64,000 bases of DNA from Eledone cirrhosa. Lineage: Eukaryota. A program made the translations under genes and the position numbers. The notes under the pieces were generated by a model that searched no databases, had not been told where the DNA came from, and saw only the letters and a list, made by a program, of their open reading frames with translations. Shown here piece by piece: positions 23,560-37,700 of the stretch (its first letter is position 1; each line of letters begins with the position of its first letter). The stretch spans positions 558,001-622,000 of the forward strand of contig OZ024756.1 in assembly GCA_964016885.1 (NCBI GenBank). The letters run 5' to 3'.

Positions 23560-23654
23560 GTACCATTGATCAAACAACTGAAACAGTCATCGTTGAAACT
23601 GACTGAGGTCCTTTCATCAACAATAACATATTTTATTATATATGTTCCTTATTG

Positions 23655-23840
23655 TGGATTGGCAGTATCGGTAGAGGATCGGACACCATGCTTTGACGCA
23701 TAGAGTTATGGCCCTTGCCATTCTGAGTTCAAATCCAGCTGGGGTTAACTTTGCCTTTCATCCTTATGGGGTCGATAAAATAAAGTACCAGTAATGCACT
23801 GGTATAATGGCTGGCCTTGTGCCAAAAGTAGAAACAATTA
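23655..23840 (+). mobile_element. SINE family B
   Basis: GAGTTCAAATCC B box and GCCTTTCATCCTTATGGGGTCGATAAAATAAAGTACCAG core. Confidence 0.8.
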
Positions 23841-24444
23841 TAGATGTTCCTTAAGTCTAATTAAATATAACAACAATGTCTTAACAAGTTCATTGAGTCT
23901 AATGAAAGTTCTACCTCTTTAAGGAAACTATCTTATTTCTGAGTCTTGTCTACTTATTTTCGCTTTAATCTGTTCCTGAATCCCAAAGATCAATAAATAT
24001 ATTTGATTAAGACCTATTGATCTGTTGAGTACTTGTTTTACACACACTCAACTGTGTCAGTCAAGGAAATTAATAAATAAAGTGTACACCTTGGTAGACT
24101 TAATCTGCTGCCTGGTTTAACACCATCACCTGGTCCTTAAGTAGAGTATACTCTGTAATTAAGGTGAGGTCCTTGATCCAAAGAGAAATTAATTAGTCTC
24201 AAAAGCCCTGAAAAGGTGTGTTGGCCACTGTATTTTTTCCAAAATGTTAAGACTCTTTTCCTACTATATCAAGCATAAAACTAATATATTTCTTCATTGT
24301 ACTGTGTTGTTTGCTTTGTTGTTTCCATTTACCTTTTGTATATATGTATACATGTGTGTGTGTGTGTGTGTGTGTGTTTGTATGTGTGTGTGTGTAAAAA
24401 GTAAACAGAAATAACAAATTCCCACCCCTCTTGTATAAAGTGAT

Positions 24445-24993
24445 CCCCACTGCAGCCCCGACAAAAGAGCCCAGCACACACTGCAGTGGTCATGTAGGTG
24501 TCACAACAAAAGCAAGCACCCAGTCCACACTATGGTGGTCATGTAGGTGACATGACAAAAGCAAGCACCTAGTCCACACTGTAAAGTAGTTGTGTAGGTG
24601 TAATGACAAAAGAGAGCACCTAGTCCACACTGTAAAGTGGTTGTGTAGGTGTAATGACAAAAGTGAGCACTTAGTCCACACTATGGTGGTCATGTAGGTG
24701 ACATGACAAAAGCAAGCACCCAGTCCACACTGTAAAGTGGTTGTGTAGGTGTAATGACAAAAGTGAGCACTTAGTCCACACTATAGTGGTCATGTAGGTG
24801 ACATGACAAAAGCAAGCACCCAGTCCACACTGTAAATGTGGTTGTTGTTAGGAAGGGCATCCAGCAATAGAAACCAAGCCCAAATAATTTCTGTATGAGT
24901 GGATCACAGTCCCCCGACCTGACCCCTCACAAATGGACAGCCCGCCCTTACTCATGCTAGCGCGGAAGATGGACGTCAAACAATGATGATGAT
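24445..24993 (+). mobile_element. RTE-tail-bearing repeat with ~8 tandem ~48-bp internal modules
   Basis: Repeated AGCACCCAGTCCACACTGTAAAGTGG..TGTAGGTG, then TGTTAGGAAGGGCATCCAGC and (GAT)n. Related modules lie inverted at ~25335-25585. Confidence 0.75.
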
Positions 24994-25028
24994 ATATATA
25001 TACACTAACATATACATCTCCCCCACCC

Positions 25029-25076
<48 letters not shown>

Positions 25077-25099
25077 TAACATATACATCTCCCCCACCC

Positions 25100-25159
<60 letters not shown>

Positions 25160-26384
25160 TAACATATACATATACCCCTCCCCCGATATAGATGTAGCCT
25201 ATATCTCTCCCCCCCCCCAATACATATGTATTGATTTATTGCATTATGACTTTTACAGGACAAGTTCTTTTTAGATTTTGAAAAGATTATAGCTGATTTG
25301 GTATTTAAAAACAATTCACATAGTGCTAAAACTTTGCAGAGTGTACAGGGTGTGTTTTATCGTGGCACCAGCACTGCCACTTTACAGAGTATACTGGGTG
25401 TGTTGGTGTGTTTTATTATGACAGCAACACTACCACTTTACAGAGTGTACTGGGTGTGTTTTATTATGACAGCAACACTACCACTTTACAGAGTGGACTG
25501 GGTGTGTTTTATCATGGTACGAACACAATCACATTACAGAGTGTACTGGGTGTATTTTATCATGGTACCAACACAACCACTTCAAAGTCATTGAATTATA
25601 ATAAATCAATTTGGATTGGACATTTTTCATAGTAAATACAACAAAGTCATTTATAAAATGAAGTTATTGGAAACATTGGAGTTATTTTGTGAGATATAAA
25701 GGCTTCATAGTATTTGGTCTGGAGGCTATTGCCCTTTGGAATTATCTCCCTTCCTGCTCCATATGCATTCCTGGTTTTTAAAAGCCATTAATTACACCAG
25801 TTTTATAAGTAACTATCTCTATATCTATCAGATCTAAGAGCTATTTTCTCTGACTAAGGACAATGACTGCCTTTGTTCAACTCAGCGATGCACATAAGTT
25901 AAAATAAAAATAGATGAAAGTCTTTACTTGAAGGAAGGAAGAGATAAATGCTGAATTGCAAGTTGTGGCAAGTCTTTTAAATGATATCATTATATCAACC
26001 ATTACAGTCTGATGTAAGTTATGTTAATTTATAGAATACTGGATTCTGTTGAGCTGATGTGTAGAGTTAGATGTAGTGTGTTGTGTTGGAACCCAGTCTA
26101 CTGCAATGAGGAGTGTTCCACTTCTTTAAACAAGGGAACATTGGAACAGTGTGTTCATGAAATTAATATACAAGTGGCTGAGCATTCTACAGATATGTTT
26201 ACTCTTAGCATAATTCTCAGGGAGATTCAGCATGATGTAGAGCATGACATGGCTGGCTCTTTGATTTACAGGAGCAACTTGTATTTTTCCCCAGTTAACT
26301 GGAGCAACTTATAATAAAGTGTCTTGTTCAAGGACATAGTGTACTGCTAAGAATGAAACACATGACTTTACAAAAGTGAACTGG

Positions 26385-26757
26385 GCACCTTAACCCCTAA
26401 ATCACACCCCTTCATTAACTGACCACCCTAACCCCTAAATCACACCTTTCATTAACTGACCACCTTAACCCCTAAATCACACCCCTTGATTAACTGACCA
26501 CCCTAACCCCTAAATCACAACTTTCATTAACTGACCACCCTAACCCCTAAATCACAACTTTCATGAACTGACCACCCTAACCTCTAAATCACACCTTCAT
26601 TAACTGACCACCTTAACCCCTAAATCTCACCCCTTCATTAACTGACCACTCTAACCCCTAAATCTCACCCCTTCATTAACTGACCACCCTAACCCCTAAA
26701 TCTCACCCCTTCATTAACTGACCACCCTAACCCCTAAATGTCACCCCTTCATTAACT
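26385..26757 (+). repeat. 37-38-bp minisatellite (TAACCCCTAAATCACACCCCTTCATTAACTGACCACCC), ~10 units
   Basis: Direct reading. It abuts a minus-strand SINE remnant at ~26280-26410. Confidence 0.9.
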
Positions 26758-26907
26758 ATAGAAGTGTAGAGAAAAGGTGGCTAGGTCGCTTGTTTGTCCC
26801 AGCTGAGTCAGAGAGTCTGGTATTTATTTGAATACCTTATTTCATGTAGTTTATAGTGTACGGAGTATCCTGTTTAGAACAGGCAAACTGTATCTCTGTA
26901 TGTTGTA

Positions 26908-27302
26908 CATCATCATCATCATCATTTTACGTCCGCTTTTCCCTGCTTGCAAGGGTGGGATGGGAACTGATTCTGGCTTGATTTCTACAGCTGGATGCCC
27001 TTCCTAACACCAACCTCATTTACAGTGAGTGCTGGATGCTTTTTTTTCATGGCACCTCCACGTCCACTTTACAGTGTGGGCTAGGTGCTTTTTTGCCATG
27101 GCACCTCCATGACCGACCACTTTGCAGTGGAATGATAGGGACCCCAGTCCCTATCATCTCATCTCTACAGCTGAGAAAACTGGAGCAATGTGAAATAAAG
27201 TGTCTTGCTCAGGGAAACAACACATCACCCGGTCTGAGAATTGAACTCAGAACCTTTTGATTGCAAGGACAATGCTCTAACCACTAAGCCATGTGCCTCC
27301 AT
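26908..27302 (-). mobile_element. SINE family A with 2 internal modules
   Basis: Homologous to 3395-3745. Confidence 0.85.
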
Positions 27303-27616
27303 ATGTATGTATAATCCCGTAACTACTGAAGGAGTCATAAGGATGCCATATTGGCATACGGCGCTCCTCCCCAGGTCTGATTATAGCAGACTTCTTCCAG
27401 AGAAGAACAGAGTGAGGAAGAATCGACCACCAGTACTTGACTGGTACTTGTTTTTATCGACCTTGAAAGGATGAAAGGTAAAGTTGACCTCGGTGGGATT
27501 TGAACTCAGAGAGCCGAGAGCCGAGACAAATACTGCGCAGCATTCTATCTCATGTTGTAATGTCTCTGCACATTCAATGCTTTTTTTTTGAATGCTACAA
27601 GGGTTGGCTGCAGGAA

Positions 27617-27698
<82 letters not shown>

Positions 27699-27742
27699 AA
27701 GTTAAGTAAAAGTCAAGTGATTAAAATTTAGCTTCGTTTATT

Positions 27743-27797
27743 ACTGCTATATATATTTCAGTGACAGCCATCTTTGGTTGTGACCTCTTCAGGCAGT
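27743..27797 (-). ncRNA. Minimal type I hammerhead motif (same as 3185-3239)
   Basis: Reverse complement of ACTGC-CTGAAGA...GAAATATATATA-GCAGT. Confidence 0.75.
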
Positions 27798-27970
27798 TTG
27801 AATTAGTATGGTATAGACAAGTACATATGTTGTTTAGGTGTATAATATTGTCAATACTCTGATATGCCCAGTTCCTTGTTGGGTTGATAATTCACTGAGG
27901 AACCAGAGTCATATTGACAATATTATACACCTAAACAACATATGTACTTGTCTATACCATACTAATTCAA

Positions 27971-28025
27971 ACTGCCTGAAGAGGTCACAGACAAAGATGG
28001 CTGTCACTGAAATATATATAGCAGT
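27971..28025 (+). ncRNA. Minimal type I hammerhead motif (same family as 3185-3239)
   Basis: ACTGC-CTGAAGA-GGTCACAGACAAAGATGGCTGTCACT-GAAATATATATA-GCAGT. Confidence 0.7.
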
Positions 28026-28419
28026 AATAAACGAAGCTAAATTTTAATCATTTGACTTTTATTTAACTTTATTTTACACTACTCCGGAGTAACCAAACCA
28101 ACCTGCGCACTTCGTCGAGTGCTCCAGCCTGCATACTGAGGTGTTGGTATACAACCAACATAAACTCAAAATATATATATCATCAATCATCATCATCAAC
28201 GTTTAACGTCCGTGTTGTGAGTTCGATTCCTGGACCAGGTGATGCGTTATGTCCTTGAGCAAGACACTTTATTTCACGTTGCTCCTTCTACCTGGAGTTG
28301 CGACCGATAGATAGTATTTGCAATTGGAAAGACCAACGGAAACATTGTTCCCTCGGTCCCATTTGACAAAAGTCGATCGTTCCTTTAATATATATATATA
28401 TTCATATATATGTATATAA

Positions 28420-28595
28420 TGAAGTAGGTGTGGTAAGGAACCAGATAGACCATAACGCACCAGAGTACTCAATACTTAGGGGAGTAGAGTGGGTAATAAG
28501 AAAATGTTTAACCCGTTACGACGGCTATTTCTGGAGTCCAGAAATAGCCGTCGAAACGGCTTGAGCTCTGCGTCGGGGTCAAACATTTTCCTATA
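28420..28595. mobile_element. Fold-back element family C, left arm partly deleted
   Basis: Homologous to 5440-5640. Confidence 0.7.
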
Positions 28596-28613
28596 TATAT
28601 ATGTATGTATTTA

Positions 28614-28682
<69 letters not shown>

Positions 28683-28769
28683 CATATTTATTCATATATA
28701 TATGTATATATATCTAACTGTAAAACATTGTATTGTCACAAAAAAGAACCTCATGTTGAATATGGCTAA

Positions 28770-31700
28770 GCCTGTTATATATAGGGTCCACAATGCTAAC
28801 ATCTCTATTACTGGGGAAATGGTGTGTTACATATAGGGTCCACAATGCCAACATCTCTATTACTGGGGAAATGGTGTGTTATATATAGGGTCCACAATGC
28901 TAACACCTCTATTACTGGGGAAATGACCTGTTACATATAGGGTCCACATTGCTAACATCTCTATTACTGGGGAAATGGTGTGTTATATATAGGGTCCACA
29001 ATGCTAACATCTCTATTACTGGGGAAATGGTGTGTTACATATAGGGTCCACAATGCCAACATCTCTATTACTGGGGAAATGGTGTGTTATATATAGGGTC
29101 CACGATGCTAACACCTCTATTACTGGGGAAATGGTGTGTTACATATAGGGTCCACATTGCTAACATCTCTATTACTGGGGAAATGGTGTGTTATATATAG
29201 GGTCCACAATGCTAACACCTCTATTACTGGGGAAATGGTGTGTTATATATAGGGTCCACAATGCTAACACCTCTATTACTGGGGAAATGGTGTGTTATAT
29301 ATAGGGTCCACAATGCTAACATCTCTATTACTGGGGAAATGGTGTGTTATATATAGGGTCCACAATGCTAACATCTCTATTACTGGGGAAATGGTGTGTT
29401 ATATATAGGGTCCACAATGCTAACACCTCTATTACTGGGGAAATGACCTGTTATATATAGGGTCCACAATGCTAACACTTCTATTACTGGGGAAATGATG
29501 TGTTATATATAGGGTCCACAATGCACACATCTATATTACTGGGGAAATGGTGTGTTATATATAGGGTCCACAATGCTAACACCTCTATTACTGGGGAAAT
29601 GACCTGTTACATATAGGGTCCACAATGCTAACACTTCTATTACTGGGGAAATGGTGTGTTATATATAGGGTCCACAATGCACACATCTCTATTACTGGGG
29701 AAATGGTGTGTTATATATAGGGTCCACAATGCTAACACCTCTATTACTGGGGAAATGACCTGTTACATATAGGGTCCACAATGCTAACACCTCTATTACT
29801 GGGGAAATGGTGTGTTATATATAGGGTCTACAATGCTAACGTCTCTATTACTGAGGAAAGGACCTGTTACATATAGGGTCCACAATGCTAACACTTCTAT
29901 TACTGGGGAAATGGTGTGTTATATATAGGGTCCACAATGCACACATCTCTATTACTGGGGAAATGGTGTGTTATATATAGGGTCCACAATGCTAACACCT
30001 CTATTACTGGGGAAATGACCTGTTACATATAGGGTCCACAATGCTAACACTTCTATTACTGGGAAAATGGTGTGTTATATATAGGGTCCACAATGCACAC
30101 ATCTCTATTACTGGAGAAATGGTGTGTTATATATAGGGTCCACAATGCTAACACCTCTATTACTGGGGAAATGACCTGTTACATATAGGGTCCACAATGC
30201 TAACACTTCTATTACTGGGGAAATGGTGTGTTATATATAGGGTCCACAATGCACACATCTCTATTACTGGGGAAATGGTGTGTTATATATAGGGTCCACA
30301 ATGCTAACACCTCTATTACTGAGGAAAGGACCTGTTACATATAGGGTCCACAATGCTAACACCTCTATTACTGGGGAAATGGTGTGTTATATATAGGGTC
30401 CACAATGCACACATCTCTATTACTGGGGAAATGGTGTGTTATATATAGGGTCCACAATGCACACATCTCTATTACTGGGGAAATGGTGTGTTATATATAG
30501 GGTCCACAATGCTAACACCTCTATTACTGGGGAAATGACCTGTTACATATAGGGTCCACAATGCTAACACTTCTATTACTGGGGAAATGGTGTGTTATAT
30601 ATAGGGTCCACAATGCACACATCTCTATTACTGGGGAAATGGTGTGTTATATATAGGGTCCACAATGCTAACACCTCTATTACTGAGGAAAGGACCTGTT
30701 ACATATAGGGTCCACAATGCTAACACCTCTATTACTGGGGAAATGGTGTGTTATATATAGGGTCCACAATGCACACATCTCTATTACTGGGGAAATGGTG
30801 TGTTATATATAGGGTCCACAATGCACACATCTCTATTACTGGGGAAATGGTGTGTTATATATAGGGTCCACAATGCTAACACCTCTATTACTGGGGAAAT
30901 GACCTGTTACATATAGGGTCCACAATGCTAACACCTCTATTACTGGGGAAATGGTGTGTTATATATAGGGTCTACAATGCTAACGTCTCTATTACTGAGG
31001 AAAGGACCTGTTACATATAGGGTCCACAATGCTAACACTTCTATTACTGGGGAAATGGTGTGTTATATATAGAGTCCACAATGCACACATCTCTATTACT
31101 GGGGAAATGGTGTGTTATATATAGGGTCCACAATGCTAACACCTCTATTACTGGGGAAATGACCTGTTACATATAGGGTCCACAATGCTAACACTTCTAT
31201 TACTGGGAAAATGGTGTGTTATATATAGGGTCCACAATGCACACATCTCTATTACTGGAGAAATGGTGTGTTATATATAGGGTCCACAATGCACACATCT
31301 CTATTACTGGGGAAATGGTGTGTTATATATAGGGTCCACAATGCTAACACCTCTATTACTGAGGAAAGGACCTGTTACATATAGGGTCCACAATGCTAAC
31401 ACCTCTATTACTGGGGAAATGGTGTGTTATATATAGGGTCCACAATGCACACATCTCTATTACTGGGGAAATGGTGTGTTATATATAGGGTCCACAATGC
31501 ACACATCTCTATTACTGGGGAAATGACCTGTTATATATAGGGTCCACAATGCTAACACCTCTATTACTGGGGAAATGACCTGTTATATATAGGGTCCACA
31601 ATGCTAACATCTCTATTACTGGGGAAATGGTGTGTTATATATATAGGGTCCACAATGCACACATCTCTATTACTGGGGAAATGGTGTGTTATACATAGGG

Positions 31701-34700
31701 TCTACAATGCTAACACCTCTATTACTGGGGAAATGGTGTGTTATATATAGGGTCCACAATGCTAACACTTCTATTACTGGGGAAATGGTGTGTTATATAT
31801 AGGGTCCACAATGCTAACACCTCTATTACTGGGGAAATGGTGTGTTATATATATGGTCCACAATGCTAACACCTCTATTACTGGGGAAATGGTGTGTTAT
31901 ATATAGGGTCCACAATGCTAACACCTCTATTACTGGGGAAATGGTGTGTAATATATAGGGTCCACAATGCTAACACCTCTATTACTGGGGAAATGACCTG
32001 TTATATATAGGGTCCACAATGCTAACACCTCTATTACTGGGGAAATGGTGTGTTATATATAGGGTCCACAATGCTAACACCTCTATTACTGGGGAAATGG
32101 TGTGTTATATATAGGGTCCACAATGCTAACACCTCTATTACTGGGGAAATGACCTGTTATATATAGGGTCCACAATGCCAACACCTCTATTACTGGGGAA
32201 ATGGTGTGTTACATATAGGGTCCACAATGCTAACACCTCTATTACTGGGGAAATGGTGTGTTATATATAGGGTCCACAATGCTAACACCTCTATTACTGG
32301 GGAAATGACCTGTTATATATAGGGTCCACAATGCTAACACCTCTATTACTGGGGAAATGGTGTGTTATATATAGGGTTCACAATGCTAACATCTCTATTA
32401 CTGGGGAAATGGTGTGTTACATATAGGGTCCACAATGCTAACATCTCTATTTCTGGGGAAATGGTGTGTTACATATAGGGTCCACAATGCTAACACCTCT
32501 ATTACTGGGGAAATGGTGTGTTATATATAGGGTCTACAATGCTAACATCTCTATTACTGGGGAAATGGTGTGTTATATATAGGGTCCACAATGCTAACAT
32601 CTCTATTACTGGGGAAATGGTGTGTTATATATAGGGTCTACAATGCTAACACCTCTATTACTGGGGAAATGACCTGTTATATATAGGGTCCACAATGCTA
32701 ACACCTCTATTACTGGGGAAATGACCTGTTACATATAGGGTCCACAATGCGAACACCTCTATTACTGGGGAAATGGTGTGTTTTATATAGGGTCCACAAT
32801 GCTAACACCTCTATTACTGGGGAAATGACCTGTTATATATAGGGTCTACAATGCTAACACCTCTATTACTGGGGAAATGGTGTGTTATATATAGGGTCCA
32901 CAATGCTAACACTTCTATTACTGGGGAAATGGTGTGTTATATATAGGGTCCACAATGCTAACACCTCTATTACTGGGGAAATAGTGTGTTATATATAGGG
33001 TCCACAATGCTAACACCTCTATTACTGGGGAAATGGTGTGTTATATATAGGGTTCACAATGCTAACATCTCTATTACTGGGGAAATGGTGTGTTACATAT
33101 AGGGTCCACAATGCTAACATCTCTATTTCTGGGGAAATGGTGTGTTACATATAGGGTCCACAATGCTAACACCTCTATTACTGGGGAAATGGTGTGTTAT
33201 ATATAGGGTCTACAATGCTAACATCTCTATTACTGGGGAAATGGTGTGTTATATATAGGGTCCACAATGCTAACATCTCTATTACTGGGGAAATGGTGTG
33301 TTATATGTAGGGTCTACAATGCTAACACCTCTATTACTGGGGAAATGACCTGTTATATATAGGGTCCACAATGCTAACACCTCTATTACTGGGGAAATGA
33401 CCTGTTACATATAGGGTCCACAATGTGAACACCTCTATTACTGGGGAAATGGTGTGTTTTATATAGGGTCCACAATGCTAACACCTCTATTACTGGGGAA
33501 ATGGTGTGTTATATATAGGGTCCACAATGCTAACACTTCTATTACTGGGGAAATGGTGTGTTATATATAGGGTCCACAATGCTAACACCTCTATTACTGG
33601 GGAAATGGTGTGTTATATATATGGTCCACAATGCTAACACCTCTATTACTGGGGAAATGGTGTGTTATATATAGGGTCCACAATGCTAACACCTCTATTA
33701 CTGGGGAAATGGTGTGTTATATATAGGGTCCACAATGCTAACACCTCTATTACTGGGGAAATGGTGTGTTATATATAGGGTCCACATTGCTAACATCTCT
33801 ATTACTGGGGAAATGGTGTGTTATATATAGGGTCCACAATGCTAACACCTCTATTACTGGGGAAATGGTGTGTTATATATAGGGTCCACAATGCTAACAT
33901 CTCTATTACTGGGGAAATGGTGTGTTATATATAGGGTCCACAATGCTAACACCTCTATTACTGGGGAAATGGTGTGTTACATATAGGGTCCACAATGCTA
34001 ACACCTCTATTACTGGGGAAATGACCTGTTACATATAGGGTCCACAATGCTAACATCTCTATTACTGGGGAAATGGTGTGTTATATATAGGGTCCACAAT
34101 GCTAACATCTCTATTACTGGGGAAATGGTGTGTTATATATAGGGTCCACAATGCTAACACCTCTATTACTGGGGAAATGACCTGTTATATATAGGGTCTA
34201 CAATGCTAACACCTCTATTACTGGGGAAATGGTGTGTTATATATAGGGTCTACAATGCTAACATCTCTATTACTGAGGAAATGACCTGTTACATATAGGG
34301 TCCACAATGCTAACACTTCTATTACTGGGGAAATTGTGTGTTATATATAGGGTCCACAATGCTAACACCTCTATTACTGGGGAAATGGTGTGTTACATAT
34401 AGGGTCCACAATGCTAACACCTCTATTACTGGGGAAATGGTGTGTTATATATAGGGTCCACAATGCTAACACCTCTATTACTGGGGAAATGACCTGTTAT
34501 ATATAGGGTCCACAATGCTAACACCTCTATTACTGGGGAAATGGTGTGTTATATATAGGGTTCACAATGCTAACATCTCTATTACTGGGGAAATGGTGTG
34601 TTACATATAGGGTCCACAATGCTAACATCTCTATTTCTGGGGAAATGGTGTGTTACATATAGGGTCCACAATGCTAACACCTCTATTACTGGGGAAATGG

Positions 34701-37700
34701 TGTGTTATATATAGGGTCTACAATGCTAACATCTCTATTACTGGGGAAATGGTGTGTTATATATAGGGTCCACAATGCTAACATCTCTATTACTGGGGAA
34801 ATGGTGTGTTATATATAGGGTCTACAATGCTAACACCTCTATTACTGGGGAAATGACCTGTTATATATAGGGTCCACAATGCTAACACCTCTATTACTGG
34901 GGAAATTACCTGTTACATATAGGGTCCACAATGCGAACACCTCTATTACTGGGGAAATGGTGTGTTTTATATAGGGTCCACAATGCTAACACCTCTATTA
35001 CTGGGGAAATGACCTGTTATATATAGGGTCTACAATGCTAACACCTCTATTACTGGGGAAATGGTGTGTTATATATAGGGTCCACAATGCTAACACTTCT
35101 ATTACTGGGGAAATGGTGTGTTATATATAGGGTCCACAATGCTAACATCTCTATTACTGGGGAAATGGTGTGTTATATATAGGGTCCACAATGCTAACAC
35201 CTCTATTACTGGGGAAATGGTGTGTTATATATAGGGTCCACAATGCTAACACCTCTATTACTGGGGAAATGGTGTGTTATATATAGGGTCCACAATGCTA
35301 ACATCTCTATTACTGGGGAAATGGTGTGTTATATATAGGGTCCACAATGCTAACACCTCTATTACTGGGGAAATGGTGTGTTACATATAGGGTCCACAAT
35401 GCTAACACCTCTATTACTGGGGAAATGACCTGTTACATATAGGGTCCACAATGCTAACATCTCTATTACTGGGGAAATGGTGTGTTATATATAGGGTCCA
35501 CAATGCTAACATCTCTATTACTGGGGAAATGGTGTGTTATATATAGGGTCCACAATGCTAACACCTCTATTACTGGGGAAATGGTGTGTTACATATAGGG
35601 TCCACAATGCTAACACCTCTATTACTGGGGAAATGACCTGTTACATATAGGGTCCACAATGCTAACATCTCTATTACTGGGGAAATGGTGTGTTATATAT
35701 AGGGTCCACAATGCTAACATCTCTATTACTGGGGAAATGGTGTGTTATATATAGGGTCCACAATGCTAACACCTCTATTACTGGGGAAATGACCTGTTAT
35801 ATATAGGGTCTACAATGCTAACACCTCTATTACTGGGGAAATGGTGTGTTATATATAGGGTCTACAATGCTAACATCTCTATTACTGAGGAAATGACCTG
35901 TTACATATAGGGTCCACAATGCTAACACCTCTATTACTGGGGAAATGGTGTGTTACATATAGGGTCCACAATGCTAACACCTCTATTACTGGGGAAATGG
36001 TGTGTTATATATAGGGTCCACAATGCTAACACCTCTATTACTGGGGAAATGACCTGTTATATATAGGGTCCACAATGCTAACACCTCTATTACTGGGGAA
36101 ATGGTGTGTTATATATAGGGTTCACAATGCTAACATCTCTATTACTGGGGAAATGGTGTGTTACATATAGGGTCCACAATGCTAACATCTCTATTTCTGG
36201 GGAAATGGTGTGTTACATATAGGGTCCACAATGCTAACACCTCTATTACTGGGGAAATGGTGTGTTATATATAGGGTCTACAATGCTAACATCTCTATTA
36301 CTGGGGAAATGGTGTGTTATATATAGGGTCCACAATGCTAACATCTCTATTACTGGGGAAATGGTGTGTTATATATAGGGTCTACAATGCTAACACCTCT
36401 ATTACTGGGGAAATGACCTGTTATATATAGGGTCCACAATGCTAACACCTCTATTACTGGGGAAATTACCTGTTACATATAGGGTGCACAATGCGAACAC
36501 CTCTATTACTGGGGAAATGGTGTGTTTTATATAGGGTCCACAATGCTAACACCTCTATTACTGGGGAAATGACCTGTTATATATAGGGTCTACAATGCTA
36601 ACACCTCTATTACTGGGGAAATGGTGTGTTATATATAGGGTCCACAATGCTAACACTTCTATTACTGGGGAAATGGTGTGTTATATATAGGGTCCACAAT
36701 GCTAACATCTCTATTACTGGGGAAATGGTGTGTTATATATAGGGTCCACAATGCTAACACCTCTATTACTGGGGAAATGGTGTGTTATATATAGGGTCCA
36801 CAATGCTAACACCTCTATTACTGGGGAAATGGTGTGTTATATATAGGGTTCACAATGCTAACATCTCTATTACTGGGGAAATGGTGTGTTACATATAGGG
36901 TCCACAATGCTAACACCTCTATTACTGGGGAAATGGTGTGTTATATATAGGGTCTACAATGCTAACATCTCTATTACTGGGGAAATGGTGTGTTATATAT
37001 AGGGTCCACAATGCTAACATCTCTATTACTGGGGAAATGACCTGTTACATATAGGGTCCACAATGCTAACATCTCTATTTCTGGGGAAATGGTGTGTTAC
37101 ATATAGGGTCCACAATGCTAACACCTCTATTACTGGGGAAATGGTGTGTTATATATAGGGTCCACAATGCTAACACCTCTATTACTGGGGAAATGGTGTG
37201 TTATATATAGGGTCCACAATGCTAACATCTCTATTACTGGGGAAATGGTGTGTTATATATAGGGTCCACAATGCTAACATCTCTATTACTGGGGAAATGG
37301 TGTGTTATATATAGGGTCCACAATGCTAACACCTCTATTACTGGGGAAATGACCTGTTATATATAGGGTCCACAATGCTAACACCTCTATTACTGGGGAA
37401 ATGGTGTGTTATATATAGGGTCTACAATGCTAACATCTCTATTACTGAGGAAATGACCTGTTACATATAGGGTCCACAATGCGAACACTTCTATTACTGG
37501 GGAAATGGTGTGTTATATATAGGGTCCACAATGCTAACACCTCTATTACTGGGGAAATGGTGTGTTACATATAGGGTCCACAATGCTAACACCTCTATTA
37601 CTGGGGAAATGGTGTGTTATATATAGGGTCCACAATGCTAACACCTCTATTACTGGGGAAATGACCTGTTATATATAGGGTCCACAATGCAAACACCTCT

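Larger units (their letters stand above)
27695..28170. mobile_element. Fold-back Penelope-like fragment with two divergently oriented hammerheads
   Basis: ~27695-27856 is the reverse complement of ~27912-28075. Same family as 3070-3385. Confidence 0.8.

Noticed and set aside
25660-25790. Minus-strand exon (RNAYGAGREIIPKGNSLQTKYYEAFISHK...)
   Set aside because: The acceptor is weak, the frame is short, and there is no recognisable homology.
26385-26757. Interstitial telomere
   Set aside because: There are only isolated CCCTAA motifs within a 37-38-bp unit and no (TTAGGG)n run.
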